Origin: a virus
Length of the DNA: 34,642 nt
Reading direction: 5' to 3' (one strand)
IMG/VR virus record: IMGVR_UViG_3300025892_000006
The notes below the pieces were generated by a model. The model searched no databases. It had not been told where the DNA came from and worked only from the letters and a program-made list of their open reading frames with translations. A program made the translations under genes and the position numbers. The first letter of the stretch is position 1, and every line of letters starts with the position of its first letter. Shown piece by piece: positions 21,155 to 30,825 of the stretch.

Positions 21155-21562
21155 ATGACTGATATGAATATGCCTCGTCATATGATGACTTTAAGTAAGC
21201 AAGAAAAAAATATTGTAAAGTATCATAAAGACACAATGAAGTCAGGTAAAGTTGGTCGTGATTCAGAAGGTAGACCAGTAACTGTTTACTCAACAGGTAT
21301 AATGATTCCTGAAGGCCCAAACAAAGGAAAATTTGTTTCTGTTCCTGGATATATAAGAGATCAAGGTAAGATTATTACTAATGAAGATCAACTTTATAAT
21401 ATATGGAAAAAGGATATTCAATCTAATAAATTTCCTATTTATGATAATCCACAACAACTAAACAAACGCTCTCAAGAAATACACACCATTATGGATCAAG
21501 AAGCAGGTCAGGCTAGAAGATCAGGCAGACCATTAATGCAAGATGCAGAGATAGGAGAATAA
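21155..21562 (+). CDS. Hypothetical head-region protein (135 aa)
   Basis: ORF packed directly after the portal gene. Confidence 0.7.
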   Translation: MTDMNMPRHMMTLSKQEKNIVKYHKDTMKSGKVGRDSEGRPVTVYSTGIMIPEGPNKGKFVSVPGYIRDQGKIITNEDQLYNIWKKDIQSNKFPIYDNPQQLNKRSQEIHTIMDQEAGQARRSGRPLMQDAEIGE

Positions 21563-21563
21563 C

Positions 21564-21827
21564 ATGGCTGGATGGGATGACTTAGAACAAGCATTACCAC
21601 TTGATGTGCGTGATGTTAAACAACAAAGAGACGATACAGACCGATTATGTTTAAGAGTATTCGGTAATGAGAACGGAATAGAATTAATGGAATGGTTACG
21701 CAAAACCATTTTAGAGCAACCTGTAGCCTTGCCAGGTAGCGACTCTAGTTACGCATTTTATCGAGAAGGGCAAAATTCAATAATTAGAGATATAGAAGCA
21801 AGGATAATTAGAGCAAGGAAATTATAA
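21564..21827 (+). CDS. Small conserved head-region protein (Bbp19-like by recollection)
   Basis: 87 aa with the pattern VFGNENG.ELMEWL........ and REGQNSIIRDIE. Confidence 0.6.
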   Translation: MAGWDDLEQALPLDVRDVKQQRDDTDRLCLRVFGNENGIELMEWLRKTILEQPVALPGSDSSYAFYREGQNSIIRDIEARIIRARKL

Positions 21828-22636
21828 TGGAAGAAGCAATCGAGCCTAGTACGACTGAAGAAACTTCGGAAGAGGTAACTGAAGAAACAACTGGCCTACT
21901 CGACGATGCAACACCAGAAGAGGAAGTCAGTGCAGATCCAAAAGAAACAGAAATCGATCATCGTGATCCTGAAGTAGTAAAAGCAGAAGAGGGAGATGAT
22001 GAACCATTAGAAAGACCAGAATGGTGGCCTGAAAACTTTTGGAAAGAAGATGGAGCAGAACCTGATTTAGAAGGTATAGCTAAATCTTGGATGGACTTAA
22101 GGAAACAAATATCTCAAGGAACACACAAAGCACCAAAAGATGGTAAGTATGATTTAGGTGCATTTGGTGAAACTCCTGAAGATGATCCTGTTAGACAACA
22201 TGTTGTTGGATGGGCAAAAGAAAATGGTATTAGTCAAGCTGCACTAGATTCATTAGTAAGTGAAGTTGTTGGCATGAATCAAAATGCTACAGAAGAATAT
22301 CAAGTTAATTTAGAAGAAGAAAGAAGACAACTCGGCCCTAACGCTGATGCTAGAATTAATGGCATGGTTAAATGGGGTGCTGGATTAGTCCAGAAAGGCG
22401 TGTGGGGAAAAGACGACTTTGAAGAGTTTAAAATAATGGGAGGTACGGCAAGAGGACTTGCAGCTTTAGAAAAAGTTAGAAGTTCTTATGAAGGTCGTAT
22501 TCCTGTAGAAACTGCCCCAGTAGATGGTGCGCCATCAAAAGAAGAACTATACGCTATGGTCGGAGATGAAAAATATCAAACTGATCCTGTATACAGAGCC
22601 AAAGTAGAAAAAGCTTTTTCACAAAACTTCGGTTAA
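21827..22636 (+). CDS. Scaffolding protein (putative)
   Basis: 269 aa with a very acidic N-terminus, lying between the portal and capsid genes. Confidence 0.65.
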   Translation: MEEAIEPSTTEETSEEVTEETTGLLDDATPEEEVSADPKETEIDHRDPEVVKAEEGDDEPLERPEWWPENFWKEDGAEPDLEGIAKSWMDLRKQISQGTHKAPKDGKYDLGAFGETPEDDPVRQHVVGWAKENGISQAALDSLVSEVVGMNQNATEEYQVNLEEERRQLGPNADARINGMVKWGAGLVQKGVWGKDDFEEFKIMGGTARGLAALEKVRSSYEGRIPVETAPVDGAPSKEELYAMVGDEKYQTDPVYRAKVEKAFSQNFG

Positions 22637-22823
22637 TATTTATTGCAATAGCCTTGATTGTATGCTACTTTACAGTTAAGGCTTATTGTATTCACTCGTA
22701 ATACAACCCTTAAACGCAAGTAACCTTGTCGTATGGCTATCGTAATTAGCAAGCACAGGCCCAGACTTCTGGCATACCAAAGCGATTAATTTTTTTATTT
22801 ATTAATTTCTAAGGAGAATATAT

Positions 22824-23651
22824 ATGTCTATCGGATTATCCCCAGCATATGTAACGCTCTTTGATGCCGAAGTTAAACAGGCTTACCAAGGTAAAGCTGC
22901 ACTTGTAGAAGCTACAAGACAAAGACGAGGCGTTGAAGGCAATTTAGTTAAATTCCCAAAAGTTGGGAAAGGCGTGGCTACACTTCGTGTACCACAAACA
23001 GATGTTACACCACTCAATACTGACTTTTCACAAGTTACTGCGACTATGCAAGATTGGAACGCAGCTGAGTATTCAGACATCTTCATGCAACAAAAAGTTA
23101 ATTTTGAAGAAAGAACAGAGTTAGTTCAAGTAGTAGCGAACGCTATTGGTCGTCGACAAGATCAACTTATTCTTGATGCTCTTTTAGCAGGTAAAGGTTC
23201 TACAGTAGCTCATGGCTCTGCAAACCTAACAGTTGCTAAACTTCGTGATGCAAAGAAAACAATGGACACTAACAATGTACCAGCAGAAGACAGACACATG
23301 ATTATTCATGCAAACAACCTAGCACACTTACTATCAGAAACAGCAGTAACATCCGCTGATTTCAACACAGTTCGTGCGTTAGTATCTGGCGAAGTTGACA
23401 CATTCTTAGGATTTAAATTCCACACATTAGGTGATCGTACTGAAGGTGGTCTTTCTATTGATGGTTCAAATATTCGTTCTTGCCTAGCATTCCATAAGAC
23501 TGCTATTGGTTATGGCGAAGGCATCGGCCCTAAAACTGAAATCAACTATGTACCTGAAAAAACATCACACTTAGTAAACGCAATGCTATCAGCTTGCTCA
23601 GTTGCTATTGATGGCGAAGGTATTGTTGAAGTTCAAGCAGACGAATCATAA
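22824..23651 (+). CDS. Major capsid protein
   Basis: 275 aa. Strong TAAGGAGA RBS, its own 187-nt leader, a position after the scaffold gene, and a terminator after the next small gene. Confidence 0.85.
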   Translation: MSIGLSPAYVTLFDAEVKQAYQGKAALVEATRQRRGVEGNLVKFPKVGKGVATLRVPQTDVTPLNTDFSQVTATMQDWNAAEYSDIFMQQKVNFEERTELVQVVANAIGRRQDQLILDALLAGKGSTVAHGSANLTVAKLRDAKKTMDTNNVPAEDRHMIIHANNLAHLLSETAVTSADFNTVRALVSGEVDTFLGFKFHTLGDRTEGGLSIDGSNIRSCLAFHKTAIGYGEGIGPKTEINYVPEKTSHLVNAMLSACSVAIDGEGIVEVQADES

Positions 23652-23668
23652 TTTAAGGAGATATAAAA

Positions 23669-23938
23669 ATGGCTTATAACATAGATGGACTAAGCCCAGC
23701 TGGCGCACAGTCAAAAGCTGGTGATGCTCCTCAAATGTGGACTTACAAATCAGCAGATGCTAAAGCAACAGTAGCAGCTTCTGGTTATTTTAACGATGCA
23801 TCAAGCGTGCTTAAAGTGGGTGATTTAGTAATGATTTATGATACTGCTACACCAGCAGCATCACTACACATCGTACTAACTAACACAGCGGCAGGCGTTG
23901 TTGATGTGTCAGCTGGCACAGATATTTCTGTAGCCTAG
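23669..23938 (+). CDS. Small virion-associated protein (possible head decoration protein)
   Basis: 89 aa. AAGGAGA RBS, co-transcribed with the capsid gene. Confidence 0.6.
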   Translation: MAYNIDGLSPAGAQSKAGDAPQMWTYKSADAKATVAASGYFNDASSVLKVGDLVMIYDTATPAASLHIVLTNTAAGVVDVSAGTDISVA

Positions 23939-23958
23939 TTGTAGTTTAAATACAAAAA

Positions 23959-23987
23959 GGTGAGGGTTTCGGCTCTCGCCTATTTGT
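23959..23987 (+). terminator. Rho-independent terminator after the capsid unit
   Basis: GGTGAGGG (23959-23966) pairs with CTCTCGCC (23973-23980): 8 bp including 2 G-U pairs, with a 6-nt loop, then TATTTGT. Confidence 0.5.
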
Positions 23988-24004
23988 ACAATTGGAGAAT
24001 ATAA

Positions 24005-24619
24005 ATGGCATCTGGAGACACCTCATTATCAATTTGTTCTGATGCATTATTAATGCTTGGAGCAAGTCCTATATCATCGTTCACTGAAGGTACGGACGAG
24101 GCTAACATATGCGATAGTTTATACAAAGATATTAAGATTAAGACTTTAGCAAGTTATCCTTGGTCTTTTTCATTTAAAAAAGTTCAGTTAGCTAGATTAA
24201 TTACTACGCCTACAACTGAATACAAATACGAATATGCACTACCTGCTGATATGATAGGTACACCAAGAAAGGTGTTCATCAGTAGTACACAGGGATCAGT
24301 GCCACAAAGAGAATATAGATTAGTCGGTGGTAAGTTGTTATCTAACTATGAAGAAGTGTATGTTGATTATCAATATGCAGTAGAAGAATATGAAATGCCA
24401 CATTACTTTGTGCAAAACATGAAGTATCAATTAGCATGGCATCTAGCTATGCCTATTACAGACCAATTAGAAAAGACTGATTATTGGAGAACAGTAGCAC
24501 AAGGCACTCCATCAGAAAATGGTCGTGGTGGTTACATGCGCCAAGCTATGAACATAGATGGGCAAGGTCAACCAACAAACGGAATACAAGACTTTACACT
24601 TATTGATGTGAGGTACTAA
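24005..24619 (+). CDS. Tail tubular protein A / adaptor (T7 gp11-like)
   Basis: 204 aa. The N-terminal pattern SDALLMLGASPISSF.EG.DEA..C...Y......L....WSF parallels that of T7 gp11. Confidence 0.7.
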   Translation: MASGDTSLSICSDALLMLGASPISSFTEGTDEANICDSLYKDIKIKTLASYPWSFSFKKVQLARLITTPTTEYKYEYALPADMIGTPRKVFISSTQGSVPQREYRLVGGKLLSNYEEVYVDYQYAVEEYEMPHYFVQNMKYQLAWHLAMPITDQLEKTDYWRTVAQGTPSENGRGGYMRQAMNIDGQGQPTNGIQDFTLIDVRY

Positions 24620-26577
24620 TGGCACGCTTTGTTAGCATGCAAACCAACTTTACTTCTGGAGAGTTAGATCCTCTTGTCAGAGCTAGAATAGATATAGAAT
24701 CTTATAACAATGCGCTAGAAACAGCAAAGAATGTTATATGTCAGCCACAAGGTGGCGTTACTCGTAGACCTGGCACTAAATTTATAAATGAACTTACAGG
24801 AACTCCAGCAAGTGGCATTAGATTAGTAGCGTTTGAGTTTTCTGTAGATGATAGTTATATGTTGTGTTTTACAAGCGACACTATGTTTGTATACAAAAAC
24901 AAAGCATTAGTACATACAGAAGCTAGTACAGGAATTACTAGCGCTTTTTTAGACAAAATGTGTTGGACACAATCTGCTGATACATTAATTATTGTGCATC
25001 CAGATCTAGCACCTAGAAAGATAGTTCGTGGCGCATCAGATACTGATTGGACTATTAGCACTATATCATTTGATTCTATTCCTAAATACGCATTTACTAT
25101 TGTTATATTTAATACAAGTGCTGCTGGTCACTTAACACCAAGCGATGTTTCAGGAAAAGTTACTTTAACCTCACAGCATTCTATATTTACAGCTGCTCAT
25201 GTTGGACAATATATTAATGTAGTACCACAAGGTCGCGCAAGAATTGTAGAGGTAACAACAGGCACAACAGTTAATGTTGTAACAGAGTTTCCATTCTTTG
25301 ATACGTCACAAATAGCCAATGCTGATTGGGAGCTAGAAACAGGTTATGAAGATGTATGGTCAGCAACAAAAGGATACCCAAGAACAGTTACCTTTCATCA
25401 AGGACGATTATATTTTGGTGGTAGTAAGTCAAGGCCATCAACAATATGGGGATCGAAAGTAGCATTATTTTTTGATTTTGAAGCAGTAGAAGGACTTGAT
25501 GATGATGCAGTGGAAGCCACCTTGGATACAAATACTTTTAATGCTATTACGGATATTATCTCTGGTAGGGATTTACAAATCTTTACCACTGGTGGTGAGT
25601 TTGCTGTTATACAAGACAATATATCAGCTATAACACCATCTAACTTTTTCTTATCTACAACATCTCGTAATGGATCAAAAGAAGGTGTACGAGTAAAACA
25701 ATTAGAATCAGGCATCTTATTTATACAAAGACAAGGTAAAGCATTATCTACTATTAATTATTCAGACACTACACTATCTTATCAAACAGCTAAAATATCA
25801 TTGTTAAGCGGTCATTTATTAAAAGATCCTACTAACATGGATATTAGGCGTGCAGTAGCTACAGATGAAAATGATTTATTATTAATAACGAATGTTACTG
25901 ATGGCAGTATAACTGTTTACTCATTATTACAATCACAAAATGTTATAGCAGCATCTGAGTTTACAACAACAGGATCATTTATAGATGTAGGTGTAGACAT
26001 TACAGATATATATACAGTGGTTAAAAGAACAGATAGTGGCTCAGATAAATATTATGTAGAAGTATTTGATGATGATTCTTTAACTGATTGTGGCGTAGTA
26101 GGGACAACATCTACAACTGCTAACATGGCACACCTAGAAGGACAAACAGTTAATTGTATTTCAGATGGTTATGTAGAGGCAAATCAAACAGTACCAGGAG
26201 GAGGCACAGTTACTTTTACTAACCCACCAACTGCGAGTTCAGAGTGTGGATTACCTATTAGCATACAGATAACAACTATGCCATTAGAAACTAAGATGCA
26301 ATCAGGCACAAGAATAGGATTTAAAAAACGCATAGTAGAAGTCAATGCTTTATTGTTTGAAACACAGAACATAGTAATTAATGGTAATTTAGTTCCAATA
26401 AGAAGTTTAGGATCTGGAGCATTAGATACAGCAGTAGCAGAGTTTACAGGAACTAAAGTCTTACATGGTATACTTGGGTATAACAATAATGGACAAATTA
26501 CTGTAACACAGAGTGCGCCATTAAAGCTTACTTTATTGGGTTTAGAATATAAAATATCGGTTTATCAAGGAACATAG
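24619..26577 (+). CDS. Tail tubular protein B / nozzle (gp12-like)
   Basis: 652 aa. The N-terminal signature NFTSGELDPLVRARIDIESYNNAL....N......GGVTRRPGTKF is common in podovirus nozzle proteins (recollection). It follows the gp11-like gene. Confidence 0.68.
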   Translation: MARFVSMQTNFTSGELDPLVRARIDIESYNNALETAKNVICQPQGGVTRRPGTKFINELTGTPASGIRLVAFEFSVDDSYMLCFTSDTMFVYKNKALVHTEASTGITSAFLDKMCWTQSADTLIIVHPDLAPRKIVRGASDTDWTISTISFDSIPKYAFTIVIFNTSAAGHLTPSDVSGKVTLTSQHSIFTAAHVGQYINVVPQGRARIVEVTTGTTVNVVTEFPFFDTSQIANADWELETGYEDVWSATKGYPRTVTFHQGRLYFGGSKSRPSTIWGSKVALFFDFEAVEGLDDDAVEATLDTNTFNAITDIISGRDLQIFTTGGEFAVIQDNISAITPSNFFLSTTSRNGSKEGVRVKQLESGILFIQRQGKALSTINYSDTTLSYQTAKISLLSGHLLKDPTNMDIRRAVATDENDLLLITNVTDGSITVYSLLQSQNVIAASEFTTTGSFIDVGVDITDIYTVVKRTDSGSDKYYVEVFDDDSLTDCGVVGTTSTTANMAHLEGQTVNCISDGYVEANQTVPGGGTVTFTNPPTASSECGLPISIQITTMPLETKMQSGTRIGFKKRIVEVNALLFETQNIVINGNLVPIRSLGSGALDTAVAEFTGTKVLHGILGYNNNGQITVTQSAPLKLTLLGLEYKISVYQGT

Positions 26578-26580
26578 GAT

Positions 26581-27234
26581 ATGAGCAGTGTACTTAAAGT
26601 AGCAGTACCAATAGCATTAACAGCAGGGGCAATGTACGCAACAGGAGGTGCAGCAGGGGCAGGAGCAGCAGGTGCGGGAGGGGCATATACTGGCTCAACA
26701 TCTATGATGACTACTCTAGCAGCAGGTGGTGGTGGTGGTGGCGGATTACTTGCTGGTTTTTCAAGTGCATTATCATCTATGACTCCGTTTCAAATGCTTG
26801 CAACAGGAACTTCTGTATTACAAGGAATTAACTCTTTGTCTCAAGGTAATATGTTGCAAAGTCAATACGACTTACAAGCTCAACAAGTGCAAGCTCAAAA
26901 CGAAATAAACAAACTTAATTATATTAATGATGCTAATGAAAAAGCAAGAAGATTGATGGCTGTTAATGCCTCTGCTCTTGCGGCTGGATATGCAGGTGGA
27001 GTTAATGGTTTAGATGGTTCAGTTAAATTAATTATGAAAGAAAACGAAAAAGAATATATAAGTGATTTACAGATGGCAGAATTTAACCAATTAAATAATG
27101 ATAACTTTGCTGATGCTGAATCATCATTGTTAAGAGCTGCGGGTGACTCAGCTGCATTTGGATCAAAGGTAGAAGCTTTAGGATATATTGGGAGCGCAGC
27201 AAAACTATTTGAAGAATCAAGGATACCAACATAA
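26581..27234 (+). CDS. Internal virion / ejection protein (Gly/Ala-rich, membrane-active)
   Basis: 217 aa with a hydrophobic Gly/Ala-rich N-terminal half. It occupies the position of T7 gp13/14. Confidence 0.6.
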   Translation: MSSVLKVAVPIALTAGAMYATGGAAGAGAAGAGGAYTGSTSMMTTLAAGGGGGGGLLAGFSSALSSMTPFQMLATGTSVLQGINSLSQGNMLQSQYDLQAQQVQAQNEINKLNYINDANEKARRLMAVNASALAAGYAGGVNGLDGSVKLIMKENEKEYISDLQMAEFNQLNNDNFADAESSLLRAAGDSAAFGSKVEALGYIGSAAKLFEESRIPT

Positions 27235-29600
27235 TGGCTCAATTACCTACATATAAAAAGATGACTCCAACATACGAAGGTATTGCTGGAATAACGGATG
27301 TTGTTATTAGACAAGAAAATATTACAAGTCAGCGTATTAATAGATTTTTAGATACTGCAAAAACAGAGTTTCAAGCAAAAGCAGTTGAGTACGCTACAGA
27401 TAAAGCTGTTGAAGATGCAATAAGAAACCCAATTACTGCTGAACAATTAGATCAAGCTATGGATACTGGTGGCAATCCAGTAGAAAGTTACTTAAAAGGC
27501 GGTACTGCTTACAATGAAGCTATAACTAAAGTATTAGGTCAACAAGTTGCTGGTGAGCTTAGTATTGATTTAAATAAATACAATGCTGATGTTTTAGAGC
27601 AAGTAAGGACAGGACAAATAGCAAACTCAGAAGAGATGCTTGCTAAGTTAAAAGAGCCTATTCAAGCTCAAATAGAATTCTTTGCAAACATAGATCCAAA
27701 ACAAGCTCAATCTTATGGATCGAAAGCAACTGCTAATGCACACAATGTTTATTTACAAGGCGATCAAATATTTAAAGGGCAACAACAAAAGCAAGCAGAA
27801 GCTAATGCTTTAACAATGATTGCGCAAGAAAAAGACAACTATAGTAATTTTTTAAAGAACTACCCAGATGCTACTAACGAACAAAAAGAAATGTATAGAC
27901 AAGCAGTAGAAAAGACTGCTGTTGATACAAGTCTTAGTATGACTAGAAATCAACTAGAGCTTACTAATGTATTAAAAGGTGAATTAAAAACTATAGATAA
28001 TATGGATGTAGCTAAAAAAATTGCTGTTGCATACACAGGCAACGACATTGGTGAAGTGCTTAATGATTTAGATAAATATGATGCTACTAAAAGAAAATAC
28101 AGTGGAGATACATTAAATCCAGAGCAACATCAACTTGCAGAATATTATCAAAATATGGATGCTGAAGAGCAAGCTAATTTTAAAAGCTTAATTAATGCTG
28201 AGTTAAAAATTGCAAACTCAGGGTTAAAAGAAGTACAGAGAAAAGTTAAAGAAAATGTAAAAGAAAGCAAAGTTTACATTGACACTTTTCAACCTATTCC
28301 TCAACAGTTAGTAGATAAAATTAATAAAAACATTGATGTAGATTCAGATGTGTACACTGCATGGCAAACATTACAAAAGTTTTCAGACAATATTGAGATT
28401 TATAACGCAACTCCGTATGTTGAATTAGTAGATAGTTTAAATGCTGCGCAACAAGACATGATGGATATTACTAAAGTAAAAACTCCAGAAGAGTTAGGAA
28501 CATTTGATTTACTTAATAGATATGTAAGTAATATTAATAGTGCTTTTAAAAATGATCCTGTAGGCACTATGATTAAAAGAGCAGGGGTGAGTGAGCCTTT
28601 AGATTTTTCTAATCCTGATCAATTGATAGAGCAAGTACAAACAAGAGAAAAGCAATTAGGTACATATGGGCCATTGTATGGATTAAGTGAAGCACAATAT
28701 ACTGCAAACATTATGACTAAATCAGAAGTTAGTGGATTTGTTAGTGCATACATGAATGGCGATGGAGCAACAAGAGTTGCTTTATTACAAACAATAGATA
28801 AAGGATTTGGAGATAGTAACTCACAAGCATTAATGCAATTAGTTAATGGTGGATTGCCATCAACAGCAGAGCTATCATCTTACTTTGGTGATCCTGTACT
28901 TACTGAAAAGTTAATTAGTTTCGATAGCAAAGAAAAACGAGATGATTTGAACGCATTTGCTAAAGACAGAAACACAAGTTATGAAGCTATTAGAAAGCTT
29001 GTAAGAGAAAGATTAAAAGATTTTGAAGAGGTAGTTATGATTGGTAGTAATTTTAATACGACTGTAGCAACTAAAAAATTAGACACTATTGTAGGTACTT
29101 TAAGTTATCTTGCTATTCAAGAAATGCAAACAAACCCTGGATATGATGAAGGTGATGGAGCAAAGGCTGCGGCAGATTTAGTAAACAACGCTTTTACTTT
29201 AGAAAATGATTATTACATACCTAATATTTATAATGGTCAATCAACAAACCCAGAGCAGATTGCAGCAAAAGCTAGTTTAATTAAAGACCATTACTTACAA
29301 GATTTTAATCCTGTTGCTTTTAGATCAGATAATCCAGACATTACTGATGAAGAATATAATGAAGAAATGAGAAATCAGATGATTGAGAATGGTGTATGGC
29401 GTAATAGTGCTGATGGAACTTCTTTAGTGTACGGCATTGTTTTACCATCAGTAGGATTTACACCAATAGAAAATGATCAAGGACAATTGTTAAGTTTTAA
29501 ATTTAATGATTTAAGTTACATCTTACCTAATACTAATGTAGTGTTGGATACTTCAAAAGCTAAATTTGATATGTTTAATCCAACGCCAGATCCATTTTAA
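27234..29600 (+). CDS. Internal virion / ejection protein (788 aa)
   Basis: Large helical ORF between the nozzle and fibre genes, the position of T7 gp15. Confidence 0.65.
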   Translation: MAQLPTYKKMTPTYEGIAGITDVVIRQENITSQRINRFLDTAKTEFQAKAVEYATDKAVEDAIRNPITAEQLDQAMDTGGNPVESYLKGGTAYNEAITKVLGQQVAGELSIDLNKYNADVLEQVRTGQIANSEEMLAKLKEPIQAQIEFFANIDPKQAQSYGSKATANAHNVYLQGDQIFKGQQQKQAEANALTMIAQEKDNYSNFLKNYPDATNEQKEMYRQAVEKTAVDTSLSMTRNQLELTNVLKGELKTIDNMDVAKKIAVAYTGNDIGEVLNDLDKYDATKRKYSGDTLNPEQHQLAEYYQNMDAEEQANFKSLINAELKIANSGLKEVQRKVKENVKESKVYIDTFQPIPQQLVDKINKNIDVDSDVYTAWQTLQKFSDNIEIYNATPYVELVDSLNAAQQDMMDITKVKTPEELGTFDLLNRYVSNINSAFKNDPVGTMIKRAGVSEPLDFSNPDQLIEQVQTREKQLGTYGPLYGLSEAQYTANIMTKSEVSGFVSAYMNGDGATRVALLQTIDKGFGDSNSQALMQLVNGGLPSTAELSSYFGDPVLTEKLISFDSKEKRDDLNAFAKDRNTSYEAIRKLVRERLKDFEEVVMIGSNFNTTVATKKLDTIVGTLSYLAIQEMQTNPGYDEGDGAKAAADLVNNAFTLENDYYIPNIYNGQSTNPEQIAAKASLIKDHYLQDFNPVAFRSDNPDITDEEYNEEMRNQMIENGVWRNSADGTSLVYGIVLPSVGFTPIENDQGQLLSFKFNDLSYILPNTNVVLDTSKAKFDMFNPTPDPF

Positions 29601-29617
29601 TAGGAAGATAATATAGT

Positions 29618-30823
29618 ATGGCTCAAATAGGGTTTGGATTAAATACCTTTGATGGCGGTAAAGAAGTTGGATACGATTACTATGAAACTTCTTTTGCTGA
29701 CACTATGGGTGCAGTTGCATCAGAAACTTGGGCAAGAAATCCTTTATCATCTTTATCTACTTTAGGTGAATTGCGTACAGCAGAACAAAAGAAAGAAAGT
29801 CCTTTAGTTCCAAGAGATGATTTAAACAAAGAGTATTCTAACTTAGGGTTATTCTTTGAAGAAGATGAATATCAATCTGTTGTTGATATTATGGTAGAAG
29901 AAAAGAAATTAGAAAGAGCAAGGCAAGATATTATTAATAGAGGCCCAAAAGGATTTGGAGTAGGGGCAGCTAAGTTTGGTGTAGGTTTGGGTGTTAGTAT
30001 GCTTGATCCTATTAATGTAGCATCTGCATTTATTCCTGTGTTTGGACAAGCTAGGTTTGCAAGTTTGGTAGCACGCCAAGGATTTGGTAGGGCAAGAGCA
30101 GTAAGAGGTGCAGTAGAGGGTGCTGTTGGTGCAGCATTAGTAGAGCCATTTATTGGATATGCAGCAAGTGAAATACAAGCTGACTATGGATTAGCAGATA
30201 GTTTTTTAAATGTTACTTTTGGTTCTATCATGGGTGGTGGATTGCATTTTGGAGGTGGTAAGTTAAAAGACATTTATACTACTAGAAAACTAAGAAATAA
30301 AATAAGAGAAGGTAGAGAAAAACTTGGAATAGAAAGTTCCAGAGATATGGAGATTAATCTTTACAAAGCTTACTATCCTGAAGATTCTGCAATTATGAGG
30401 GATTTACAAAAAACAGATCCTCAAACAAGAGAGCTGTTATTAAGAAAATCAGTTAATGATTTGTTGTTAGAAGAGCCTGTTGATGTTGCTCCTATTGTAA
30501 ATTCAAATGAAACACTTAAACAATCATCAGACATGCCTGGGCCAAGCAATACAAAAGTTCAGACACAAAATGAAATACCTCAAAAAGATTTAAACACAGT
30601 TGAAAAGAATACAGTCAATAAAGAAGATGTAGATTTAGATACAGAGATAGATAGTTTATCTGCAAGATTAGAAGAGCAAAGAGAAAAGACAGCAGATTTA
30701 CGATTTGATCAAGATAGAATAGAAATTACAAAAGTTACAGATGAGTTAGATCAAGCTAATGCTAACCCAAAAGACTTAAATGAAGCAATTGTAGATGCAA
30801 TTAACTGTATGAATGGAAGATAA
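29618..30823 (+). CDS. Internal virion / ejection protein with Gly-zipper hydrophobic segments (401 aa)
   Basis: Segments such as GVGAAKFGVGLGVSML and GAVEGAVGAALVEPFIGY suggest membrane insertion. Confidence 0.6.
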   Translation: MAQIGFGLNTFDGGKEVGYDYYETSFADTMGAVASETWARNPLSSLSTLGELRTAEQKKESPLVPRDDLNKEYSNLGLFFEEDEYQSVVDIMVEEKKLERARQDIINRGPKGFGVGAAKFGVGLGVSMLDPINVASAFIPVFGQARFASLVARQGFGRARAVRGAVEGAVGAALVEPFIGYAASEIQADYGLADSFLNVTFGSIMGGGLHFGGGKLKDIYTTRKLRNKIREGREKLGIESSRDMEINLYKAYYPEDSAIMRDLQKTDPQTRELLLRKSVNDLLLEEPVDVAPIVNSNETLKQSSDMPGPSNTKVQTQNEIPQKDLNTVEKNTVNKEDVDLDTEIDSLSARLEEQREKTADLRFDQDRIEITKVTDELDQANANPKDLNEAIVDAINCMNGR

Positions 30824-30825
30824 CT

